A stretch of 64,000 nucleotides of DNA from a virus (lineage: Duplodnaviria > Caudoviricetes): IMG/VR virus record IMGVR_UViG_3300033075_001021; one strand, 5' to 3'. Within the stretch, counting starts at the first letter, position 1; each line of letters opens with the position of its first letter. Positions 1 through 7,151 of this stretch are shown here, piece after piece. Made by a program: the position numbers and the translations under genes. The notes beneath the pieces were generated by a model, which ran no database searches, was not told the DNA's origin, and saw only the letters and a program-made list of their open reading frames with translations.

Positions 1-347
1 TTTTTTAATATTTGGTTATCTTCTATCTTTGAGAAATCAACCCCTCTATCGGAAAATTTAGCAAAATGAAATATCAAGTCAGCAACCAATTTAGTAAAAG
101 CATCCCCACCTGTTATATTAACCAACGCTTCTCTGGTTTCTTTTGGTAGTTTACCAGTATTAAAGTAGATTTTATCAGCTTGTTGTAGATTTTCTGAAAT
201 ATTATCGGGGGTGTTATCGGCACCGCACTTATGACAAAAATACATATCCGAGCCAGCCTCGGATTTTTTCCAGCTCCAACCACATTTACCACAGGTGATT
301 TTATCCTCAATTCCTTCCCTAAGTAAGTGTTTTATTAGTGATTTCAT
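1..347 (-). CDS. Hypothetical protein, 5' part (runs off the left edge), with a Zn-ribbon
   Basis: Hand translation from ATG at 347: MKSLIKHLLREGIEDKITCGKCGWSWKKSEAGSDMYFCHKCGADN..., open to position 1, with two CxxC pairs. Not in the ORF track. Confidence 0.75.
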   Translation of the reverse strand, partial: MKSLIKHLLREGIEDKITCGKCGWSWKKSEAGSDMYFCHKCGADNTPDNISENLQQADKIYFNTGKLPKETREALVNITGGDAFTKLVADLIFHFAKFSDRGVDFSKIEDNQILK

Positions 348-355
348 ATTGGGTT

Positions 356-1366
356 TTAATATAAATATCCCAATTTGTCGACTTCTTTTACGGCTTGTAT
401 AAACCTTTCTTGGTAGTCCCCCCCTATTACAACATATTGAATTTTCTTTGCGTCTAACTCAGATTTAATTTTGTTAAAATGTTCTTTTCTCCTTTCTGGG
501 AAATCACGGGTTCCATCATCAACCCAAGGTATATCGATATCCAACAATATATAAAGGTCAAAATATTGTTTAAAAATAACTTCACCTATTACAGTCGAGT
601 CAAATTGTTCACCAAGATACATTTTTCCAAACACCTTAGTCGTTATTGCTTCAGTATCAACAAAAAGAACCTTGTTACCCCTTTTTAGTTTCTCACTAAT
701 AAGTTTTTGATGACCAATTGCAATATTTTCAAAATCTAACGGTGTTAGATTTTCCGTGCCGCTAATCTCTGTATATGTTCTACCATACTCTTCAACATAA
801 TCAGTACCATAATGGGTTGCTAACTTCTTAACTAGCGTTGATTTACCTGTTGATTCTGGACCAATGATAACAACACGCTTTGTGAAGTATGGTTTTACCA
901 CATCAGGAATAAACTTCCAATTTGCATATGGATTTTCTCTAACTGCTGTTCCAGAAACAGCATAGTGACTTCTTGGTTGGTCAACCAACACGTGTTTAAT
1001 CCCCAAATATTCGGCAAACTCATCACCGTATTCTTCAGATGTAAAAACAGCATCCAACTTTTTTATGCGATTATAGACACTGGGGACCCAATATTTCTTA
1101 TAAAAAACATCAACCGATTCACACTCATGTGGATATTGTGGATTTGGGTCAGTACACCATATAATACGAATGTTAGGTTTATCTTTATAGATTTCCTTCA
1201 GCCAACCATACCTTAACCAGCCATCGATTGGTTGTGTTCCGTCAGAGCAAATCATAACGTGGGTTGTTTTACATTGCTCAGCTGCTGTATCAATTAAATA
1301 CAGATGCCCACGTTGCGGTGGCATGAATTTACCCAATACTAAACCGTTGTCATATTTTTTACCCAT
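356..1366 (-). CDS. nadR: NadR-like bifunctional NMN adenylyltransferase / ribosylnicotinamide kinase (no HTH)
   Basis: N-terminal GKFMPPQRGH (HIGH-like) and VSGTAVR motifs. C-terminal P-loop GPESTGKS, EYGRTY, LFVDT, PWVDDGTR. Confidence 0.9.
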   Translation of the reverse strand: MGKKYDNGLVLGKFMPPQRGHLYLIDTAAEQCKTTHVMICSDGTQPIDGWLRYGWLKEIYKDKPNIRIIWCTDPNPQYPHECESVDVFYKKYWVPSVYNRIKKLDAVFTSEEYGDEFAEYLGIKHVLVDQPRSHYAVSGTAVRENPYANWKFIPDVVKPYFTKRVVIIGPESTGKSTLVKKLATHYGTDYVEEYGRTYTEISGTENLTPLDFENIAIGHQKLISEKLKRGNKVLFVDTEAITTKVFGKMYLGEQFDSTVIGEVIFKQYFDLYILLDIDIPWVDDGTRDFPERRKEHFNKIKSELDAKKIQYVVIGGDYQERFIQAVKEVDKLGYLY

Positions 1367-1878
1367 TTTGTTGCTCCTTTAATTGAAAAACCGATTAAAA
1401 TAAAAAACAATATCGCTGACCAGTACATTCCTTGATTTAAAAACATTATTATAAAAAGTACATCAGCAATAATCCATGTAAAAAAACCATGAATATACTT
1501 TTTTGCCAAATACCAATTCCCTAACATACTTAGAAGAGTTGTCAAAACATCTAATTCTGCTTGTGGGTTATCAGTATATCTTTTTAACAAAGGTACCGTA
1601 ATAAATCCAATTAAACAAACAATTAATAGGTCTCTGACCCAAATATTGTGGTTTAATAATATGCAAGATTCATCTTGTGTCGCTTTCCAATAATACCAAC
1701 CATATATGCATTGTCCTAATATGATGGTATCGGCTATAACTTGACCATATAGATGCTCATTAAAGACTAGATAAATGTAAATCAACGTTGCAAGAATCGC
1801 TGAGGGCCAACAAAGCACGTTTACCTTTACAGTGTAATATGCTGAAATAAGTGTTAATATTACCGCTATTATTTCCAT
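1339..1878 (-). CDS. pnuC: PnuC-family nicotinamide riboside/vitamin transporter
   Basis: Multi-TM protein with YGWYYW, D..TT.LS..GNWYLAKKY and WIIAD motifs. Overlaps nadR and ends in TAG. Confidence 0.88.
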   Translation of the reverse strand: MEIIAVILTLISAYYTVKVNVLCWPSAILATLIYIYLVFNEHLYGQVIADTIILGQCIYGWYYWKATQDESCILLNHNIWVRDLLIVCLIGFITVPLLKRYTDNPQAELDVLTTLLSMLGNWYLAKKYIHGFFTWIIADVLFIIMFLNQGMYWSAILFFILIGFSIKGATKWVKNMTTV

Positions 1879-2051
1879 TACTCATCGAATAATTTTCTTT
1901 CCTTTAAGGAATTAAATAATTTATCCGCTCTTTCTTTTGCTTCACGAATAAACTTTATATGTTTGGCCCTTCGTATAATCTTACGAATACCACCAATTGT
2001 TTTTACTTTCTTACCCCTTTTGTTGCCCCAGTAAAGATATTGTCCTTTCAT
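1878..2051 (-). CDS. Small basic hypothetical protein (57 aa)
   Basis: MKGQYLYWGNKRGKKVKTIGGIRKIIRRAKHIKFIREAKERADKLFNSLKERKLFDE*. ATGA overlap with the TonB receptor stop and TAATG overlap with the pnuC start. Confidence 0.7.
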   Translation of the reverse strand: MKGQYLYWGNKRGKKVKTIGGIRKIIRRAKHIKFIREAKERADKLFNSLKERKLFDE

Positions 2052-4015
2052 ATTTTAATTCTTAAGGTTACAAAATAATTTGCCAATGCCGTTGGGAATA
2101 AAAATCGCTTATTGTTCATCGCATAGCCATTAAAATAGAACTTGTTATTTGTGATGTTATTACCTTGAAGTGACAACACAAGATTCTTATATGAATATGA
2201 TGCATTAAACCCAATGGTTGTACATGCTGGTACGCTAAACTGATTTTCAATGTCAATATAAGCCTTAGAATAAATTGACTGATTTACATTCATTGAAAAT
2301 GCCTTGTTTGTATAGGTCAATGATTGATTGAACATTCGATTAGGACTGAATAATTGTTGTTTATTATCAACACTAAAACGACTGTTTGAAATGCTGCCAT
2401 TCACGCTATACTGAAAGGATTTGTTAATTGTATAATCAATGTCAAATTCAATTCCCTTCCTAAAACTCTTGTCAACATTAATCATCATCGGTAAGCTATT
2501 TGCCCCCATCGGGCCAGCTGGAATGATTTCATTTTGAAATGACATGTAATACAAGTTTGCTTGTAATGTCAATTTATCACCTTTATGGTTTACCCCAAGT
2601 TCAAGGTCAACTACTTCCTCTGGTTTAACGTTGTTTAAATCAGTTAAGTAAAGACCACCATTAAATAAAATATTCCTTGTTGGTTCCCTATGCGACATAC
2701 CAATTGAATAGTAAACATCAGTGTTTTTATCCAAAAAATATTTAAAACCAACCTTTGGATTTGTAAATAACCAAGTGTATTTACCTAATGCTTTATCCCC
2801 AACATATTTAAAATCAACATACCTTGCTTGCAAATCAAAATACATCTTGAGTTCCTCAGGCCCAAAGATTAATTTAACAAAGCTACTGGCTTCATTTTTA
2901 TTTCCATAATTTTGGTAGTTGCTCTTCAATACACTACTGTCAACCATTACGAATTCAGTACCAAAGTGATTTCGCCTATATGTATTCAACGATAAACCAA
3001 CAGATAGCTTTATGTTATCATTTTTGTAATCATATTGTGTTATATAACCAGCCCAATTTGAATATTGATTCTCTTGTGCATAATAACCAAGTGTTGGTAA
3101 AGACTCTTTATTAAAGACATCGTAATTACCTTCCAAGTGATTAACAAATAAGATACTTGTTAGTTTACTTTGTTTATTAAAGATGTTGGTGTTATGTATT
3201 TGGATATGGGTTTGATTGAAAAAGTCTTTCCTGTCATTACCCCTAGGATTATCACGATAATTAACCTTCAGCACATCTTCATCAGATGCCTCCCACGCCA
3301 TTTGGTTTCGGCTAAATCCGCTAAACACAACAAATTTAGTAATGCGTTTTTCACCATAATACCCACGGGTATAAAATATACTACCACCGTGGCTTCCAGA
3401 ATTCCGCCTAAACCCATCAGTTGTCATCATACCAACATTTAAAAAGCTTGCGTGTTTATTTTTCAATCCGCTTGAATACGCAGCATTCAATCTGAAAGTA
3501 TTAAATGAACCACCACCAATTTGAACCTCAGAACCACGGTTTAAACCTGTCTTGCTTTGGAAATTAATAGACCCAATAAAGGCAGCGCTACCATTCGTTG
3601 ATGAACCAACCCCTCGTTGAATCTGAATTGATTGAATAGCGTTGATAAAGCTTGGGAAGTTTGATGTATACACACCATGGTCTTCAGGCTCATTTAATGG
3701 GACACTATTTAATGTCATATTAATGCGGTTCTGACTGGCACCTCGCATACTAACGTATGTATAGCCTTGTGAGTGACCACCATCTGTATTTGAATACATT
3801 GACGGATATGACCCTAATAAAATTGGTACCTCTTGACCTTGATAACTAGACTGAATGGCTGTATCCCCGATTGTTTTCTGGGTTATAGGGGTGAACTTAT
3901 CAGCCCTAACCGCAGTAACTAAAACAGGTGACATTTCGGTAATCTTTACTGAATCCTGTGCAAATGATTGATAACCAATTAGTGATACTAATGCAAATAC
4001 AAATAATTTTTTCAT
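2048..4015 (-). CDS. TonB-dependent outer-membrane receptor (Bacteroidota vitamin-uptake type)
   Basis: Signal peptide MKKLFVFALVSLIGYQSFAQ; plug motifs SMRGASQNRINMTLNSVPLNEPED and IQIQRGVGSSTNG..AF.GSIN; beta-barrel-like alternating pattern; LQGNNITN near the C-terminus. Confidence 0.88.
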   Translation of the reverse strand: MKKLFVFALVSLIGYQSFAQDSVKITEMSPVLVTAVRADKFTPITQKTIGDTAIQSSYQGQEVPILLGSYPSMYSNTDGGHSQGYTYVSMRGASQNRINMTLNSVPLNEPEDHGVYTSNFPSFINAIQSIQIQRGVGSSTNGSAAFIGSINFQSKTGLNRGSEVQIGGGSFNTFRLNAAYSSGLKNKHASFLNVGMMTTDGFRRNSGSHGGSIFYTRGYYGEKRITKFVVFSGFSRNQMAWEASDEDVLKVNYRDNPRGNDRKDFFNQTHIQIHNTNIFNKQSKLTSILFVNHLEGNYDVFNKESLPTLGYYAQENQYSNWAGYITQYDYKNDNIKLSVGLSLNTYRRNHFGTEFVMVDSSVLKSNYQNYGNKNEASSFVKLIFGPEELKMYFDLQARYVDFKYVGDKALGKYTWLFTNPKVGFKYFLDKNTDVYYSIGMSHREPTRNILFNGGLYLTDLNNVKPEEVVDLELGVNHKGDKLTLQANLYYMSFQNEIIPAGPMGANSLPMMINVDKSFRKGIEFDIDYTINKSFQYSVNGSISNSRFSVDNKQQLFSPNRMFNQSLTYTNKAFSMNVNQSIYSKAYIDIENQFSVPACTTIGFNASYSYKNLVLSLQGNNITNNKFYFNGYAMNNKRFLFPTALANYFVTLRIKI

Positions 4016-4043
4016 TTTTTGTGTTAATTTTTTTGTTCAGATG

Positions 4044-4051
4044 CAAATATA
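4044..4051 (-). promoter_or_regulatory. Bacteroidota-type -7 promoter box (TATATTTG) for the receptor-pnuC-nadR operon
   Basis: Matches TAnnTTTG about 30 nt upstream of the ATG at 4015. Confidence 0.6.
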
Positions 4052-4079
4052 GGGGGAATTTTTGACATAACCAAAAAAT

Positions 4080-4105
4080 AAATGGGGAAAATATTTTCCC
4101 CATTT
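4080..4105 (-). terminator. Rho-independent terminator
   Basis: AAATGGGGAAAATATTTTCCCCATTT inverted repeat followed by a T-rich tail on the minus strand. Confidence 0.65.
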
Positions 4106-4106
4106 A

Positions 4107-4442
4107 TTATGCCACTGGATTTGATTTTAAGTAGTCCTCTTTTGAGGTCTTCTTTTTTGGTTTCCAACCACGAGCAATACGAGCTTTATGAACATTTTTC
4201 TTATGTTTTTTCTTATTCCTGTAATTACCAATTAGGGTTGTTGTCTCTTCATAACTCTTAATTATTTGGTCTAAAAGATTGAGCTTTTCTTTATCTGTCA
4301 TACTTGAAGTCTTATATGTTCGGTTCCAATATTTCATATAAGGTGTTAATTTTTTCTCATCTTCAGTCAACATTGAATTTAAGATATCGTGTATCTCATT
4401 TGAAAATTTGCATTTAATCATTGCGATAGGACTTTGTTTCAT
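4107..4442 (-). CDS. Hypothetical basic protein
   Basis: 111-aa ORF followed by a terminator. Confidence 0.6.
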   Translation of the reverse strand: MKQSPIAMIKCKFSNEIHDILNSMLTEDEKKLTPYMKYWNRTYKTSSMTDKEKLNLLDQIIKSYEETTTLIGNYRNKKKHKKNVHKARIARGWKPKKKTSKEDYLKSNPVA

Positions 4443-4506
4443 ATTTTTGTTTTTTTTTATTTGTTAATTTTTATTTATGTGTTAAATTGTTGTTTTAAAA
4501 TATGAA

Positions 4507-4539
4507 TTATCCTGTTGGTCCTCTAATTGTCTATTTCAT
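4507..4539 (-). other. Candidate minigene ATG AAA TAG ACA ATT AGA GGA CCA ACA GGA TAA (MK*TIRGPTG)
   Basis: Starts 11 nt after the Pth2-like stop, in an AT-rich context with A at -3. Amber codon at position 3. Confidence 0.4.
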
Positions 4540-4550
4540 AATTATAAATT

Positions 4551-4919
4551 TTAGTTATTGTTATTGGTTGTAATTAACTCTTTACCATATAGCGGTAAGT
4601 TACTGCATAGCTTTCTTGCATCAGTAGACGCCTCAAAAGCAACGGCTGTAATTTGATTGTTAATATCTGGTTCTCTGAAGATGGTATATTTGATACCACG
4701 AAGACTGGCTTTGACAATAAGGTCTATCAAAGACTGTTCATCTTTTGTTGTGAGAATTGCTAAATGATTGGATTGTTTATGCCATTCTGTTGATACCTGA
4801 GGGTATTCGTGTTGAAAATCAATGGCAGCATGTGCGGCTTGGACGCATTGTTGTGGAAGGGATAAATCACGTCTTGTGATTACTCTAAGTTTTTCTGTGT
4901 TAGAAATCTAGTGTGTCAT
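4551..4919 (-). CDS. Peptidyl-tRNA hydrolase 2 (Pth2/PTRHD1-like) family protein with an in-frame TAG at codon 4
   Basis: MTH*ISNTEKLRVITRRDLSLPQQCVQAAHAAIDFQHEYP...FREPDINNQITAVAFEASTDARKLCSNLPLYGKEL. The RRDL, QAAHA and NLPL motifs are Pth2-like. TAG at 4908-4910; no other ATG/GTG/TTG start before the conserved motifs. Confidence 0.8.
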
Positions 4920-4967
4920 AACTGTTTGTTTTTTAATAAATATACTGTTTTTGTTAAAAATATCAAG

Positions 4968-5039
4968 TGACCCAGAGGGGATTCGAACCCCTACCCACAA
5001 TTTTAGAGATTGGTGTGCTGCCATTACAACCACAGGGCC
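4968..5039 (-). tRNA. Amber suppressor tRNA, anticodon CUA
   Basis: GGCCCTG/CTGGGTC acceptor stem, anticodon loop CTCTAAA, T-arm AGGGG-TTCGAAT-CCCCT, A73; CCA not encoded. TATCTTTG promoter box at 5050-5057. Confidence 0.88.
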
Positions 5040-5082
5040 AATTATACCACAAAGATAAGTGGTATTTTTGAAATTACCAAAT

Positions 5083-5880
5083 TTATTTTATCAAAAATTT
5101 TCCAAGCCTTTTTACCCTTTCTTTTAATTGCTCATACGTCCCATTATTATCAATTATAATATCTGCGTCTTGTTTGGTTATATTAAAAGAACTTGAATCT
5201 TCTTGTGGAAGTCTTTCCGATGCATCCACCCAAATGATTAGGTCAAATAGATTTTGGTTTCTACATTCTTGAATTTCAGTCCAATCTCTCATACCAACAT
5301 AGGTATTATTATACTTCAAGATTTCTTTAGCCAATTTAGCCTTGTCATCTTTGTTATAATCACAAATCATTTGGTACCATTCGTCTCTGTGATTAATCCT
5401 ATCTTGAAAACATTCTTCTGGCGTTTTATAACCATATTTGTCTTTAAGTTCATTATAGATGAAAATGTCGGCACACGCTTGAGATGATGAGATAAAATTT
5501 ATTCCATAATACTCTTTTAATAATTCGGCTACCGTATCTTTCCCATGCCGAGCATGTCCTATTATTAGCAAATTTATATTATTATAAAACTCCTTAGAAT
5601 ATTTATGGTGTTCATAAATTTGTTCTAGTGTATACGCATCATAGGCAACAAATCCTCTGGTATCCAATGTTTTCTCAATATGAAGTTTCGCAGATGATTG
5701 TTCAATACTTAGATAATTATAAAACTTAATAGCTTCCTCTGGATTAAAAAATTCTATTATTTGTCCTTCAACGGCTTTTTCTTTCGCTTCAGCAATATCC
5801 ATATTGAGATATTTTCTAAGATACTTAAAAACTTCTACTTTGTTTATTGAAATGAGTTCAACTTTACAAATATTTTTCAT
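5083..5880 (-). CDS. Deoxynucleoside monophosphate kinase-like P-loop protein with an N-terminal bL12(L7/L12)-CTD-like domain
   Basis: Kinase motifs IIGHARHGKDT, GMR...E, IIWVDASER, ADIIIDNNGT. N-terminus NKVEVFKYLRKYLNMDIAEAKEK resembles bL12 NKVAVIKAVR..TGLGLKEAKDL. Confidence 0.7.
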   Translation of the reverse strand: MKNICKVELISINKVEVFKYLRKYLNMDIAEAKEKAVEGQIIEFFNPEEAIKFYNYLSIEQSSAKLHIEKTLDTRGFVAYDAYTLEQIYEHHKYSKEFYNNINLLIIGHARHGKDTVAELLKEYYGINFISSSQACADIFIYNELKDKYGYKTPEECFQDRINHRDEWYQMICDYNKDDKAKLAKEILKYNNTYVGMRDWTEIQECRNQNLFDLIIWVDASERLPQEDSSSFNITKQDADIIIDNNGTYEQLKERVKRLGKFLIK

Positions 5881-5907
5881 GTTGCAAAGATACTAAACTT
5901 TTTTCAA

Positions 5908-6588
5908 TTAGACAAGTAAATTTACACGACCTTTATAGATATCTTTTATACTAGCTGTTTTATTGGTAATATGGTCAATGACAATCCCATCTTTAACACG
6001 ATATGTCCTACGTTTATCACTTCGCTCACCAGTACCAATCTGTTCCCTTCTTGTCTCAGATTCTTCTTCCATAAAACCAGTTAAATAATAGTGATTAACT
6101 CTTCGTTTAATTTCTTTATAGGCATCTTCACGATTACTTAATTGGCTTCTACCATCACGTACAACCTTTATACCAGTTGGGATATGTGTCATAATGACAC
6201 AAGAGTCCGTGGTGTTTTTATGTTGACCACCTTTGCCAGTTCCTCTGGTTGTTTCAATCTTTAGTTCATGTTGGGGAATTTCAATCTCTTTAAATGATTG
6301 ATTTTCAAGTACGGCAATGGTTATGGTACTGGTATGCACCCTACCACGATTTTCTGTCGGTGGTACACGTTGCCATCTGTGTGAACCTATTTCGTTTTGG
6401 AAAAAATCTTTGACATTTTGGCCGCTTAGTCAGATTGAAGCAAAGCCATCCCGTTCTTCGAGAACTCTTCAGTTGAAGTTATTGTTTTTGGCCGCTTTGA
6501 TATAGATGTCTTTCATATCATGAACTAGCAATTTGGAATCTTGTCCACCTTCGCTAGCCCTAATCTCTAGTGTAATTTCGTTTTTCAT
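5908..6588 (-). CDS. Class I peptide chain release factor, RF1-like (PxT), lacking domain 1, with two in-frame TGA codons
   Basis: MKNEITLEIRASEGGQDSKLLVHDMKDIYIKAAKNNNFN*RVLEERDGFASI*LSGQNVKDFFQNEIGSHRWQRVPPTENRGRVHTS...GKGGQHKNTTDS...RSQLSNR...GERSDKRRTY. TGA at 6469-6471 and 6430-6432; one frame throughout (227 codons). Confidence 0.9.
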
Positions 6589-6603
6589 ATTTCAAAATGG
6601 GTT

Positions 6604-6801
6604 TTACCAAACCCTAAATTTTCGTTTTTCAGCCCAAACGATATATTGATAATTGCTGTTTTTAACAGCATTAATAATACCGTTTGTTCTTTTAGTACTA
6701 ATGTAATGTGGGAGCGATTCGAGAAAAAGGATTAAATCCTCTTTGGATGTGATTTTCTTGCAGCTTGCTACCCATGTTGCTTTTCTTTTCCTTTTTTGCA
6801 T
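6604..6801 (-). CDS. Hypothetical protein
   Basis: 65-aa ORF directly upstream of the RF gene. Confidence 0.5.
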   Translation of the reverse strand: MQKRKRKATWVASCKKITSKEDLILFLESLPHYISTKRTNGIINAVKNSNYQYIVWAEKRKFRVW

Positions 6802-6927
6802 ATGACAATTATACTGGAATAACTTTCCAGCTGAGTTTTAAATCATTCTAATTGTCTTATGTCAAATTGCTATAACATGGTTTCTATCTTTAAACGCAAA
6901 CGGCCCCGTAGGGCCTTTGCAATATCA

Positions 6928-6976
6928 CAGGATTATGGTTTTGCATCACAAGCGTTTGAATTGCTGAAATAATCCT
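6928..6976 (-). ncRNA. Structured repeat element 1 (AAGG-stem-TTCAGCAA)
   Basis: AGGATTAT/ATAATCCT stem enclosing TTCAGCAA; lies in the tRNA cluster. Confidence 0.5.
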
Positions 6977-6981
6977 TTTTG

Positions 6982-7066
6982 TTGCGGGAGTAGGATTCGA
7001 ACCTACACTTGCATTTGATGTCTCTAGGTTATGAGCCTAGCATGTTGCCAATTACACTATCCCGCT
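6982..7066 (-). tRNA. tRNA with CAU anticodon (Met/fMet/Ile2) and an unusually long variable region
   Basis: GCGGGA/TCCCGC acceptor with an A1xA72 mismatch, CTAGG-CTCATAA-CCTAG anticodon arm, 17-nt variable region, GTAGG-TTCGAAT-CCTAC T-arm. Confidence 0.85.
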
Positions 7067-7072
7067 ATGTTG

Positions 7073-7144
7073 TTGCGAGGGGTGGATTCGAACCACCGAC
7101 CTTCTGGTTATGAGCCAGACGAGCTGCCGCTGCTCCACCTCACA
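7073..7144 (-). tRNA. tRNA-Met(CAU), initiator-like body
   Basis: TGTGAGG/CCTCGCA acceptor, TGGAGCAGCGGCAGCTCG D-arm, TCTGG-CTCATAA-CCAGA anticodon arm, GGTGG-TTCGAAT-CCACC T-arm. Confidence 0.92.
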
Positions 7145-7151
7145 ATGTTTG

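Noticed and set aside
113-310. ORF-track 65-aa ORF
   Set aside because: It is an out-of-frame shadow of the better ORF starting at 347, which has CxxC pairs and runs off the window edge.
4016-4105. TPP or NAD riboswitch upstream of the TonB receptor
   Set aside because: The leader is short and contains only a promoter box and the upstream terminator; there is no CTGAGA TPP core.
4968-5039. Pyrrolysine tRNA / Pyl system
   Set aside because: The D-loop GG and TTCGAAT T-loop are canonical, and no pylS/B/C/D genes are in the window.
6425-6475. RF2-style +1 programmed frameshift in the release factor
   Set aside because: There is no CTT-TGA slippery site, and homology stays in the same frame on both sides of each TGA.
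6870-6878. Another ATG TTA TAG minigene upstream of the RF operon, near hairpins at about 6804-6856 and 6896-6920
   Set aside because: Expected by chance in AT-rich DNA, and the readthrough product is unremarkable. The hairpins could not be assigned to a known motif.
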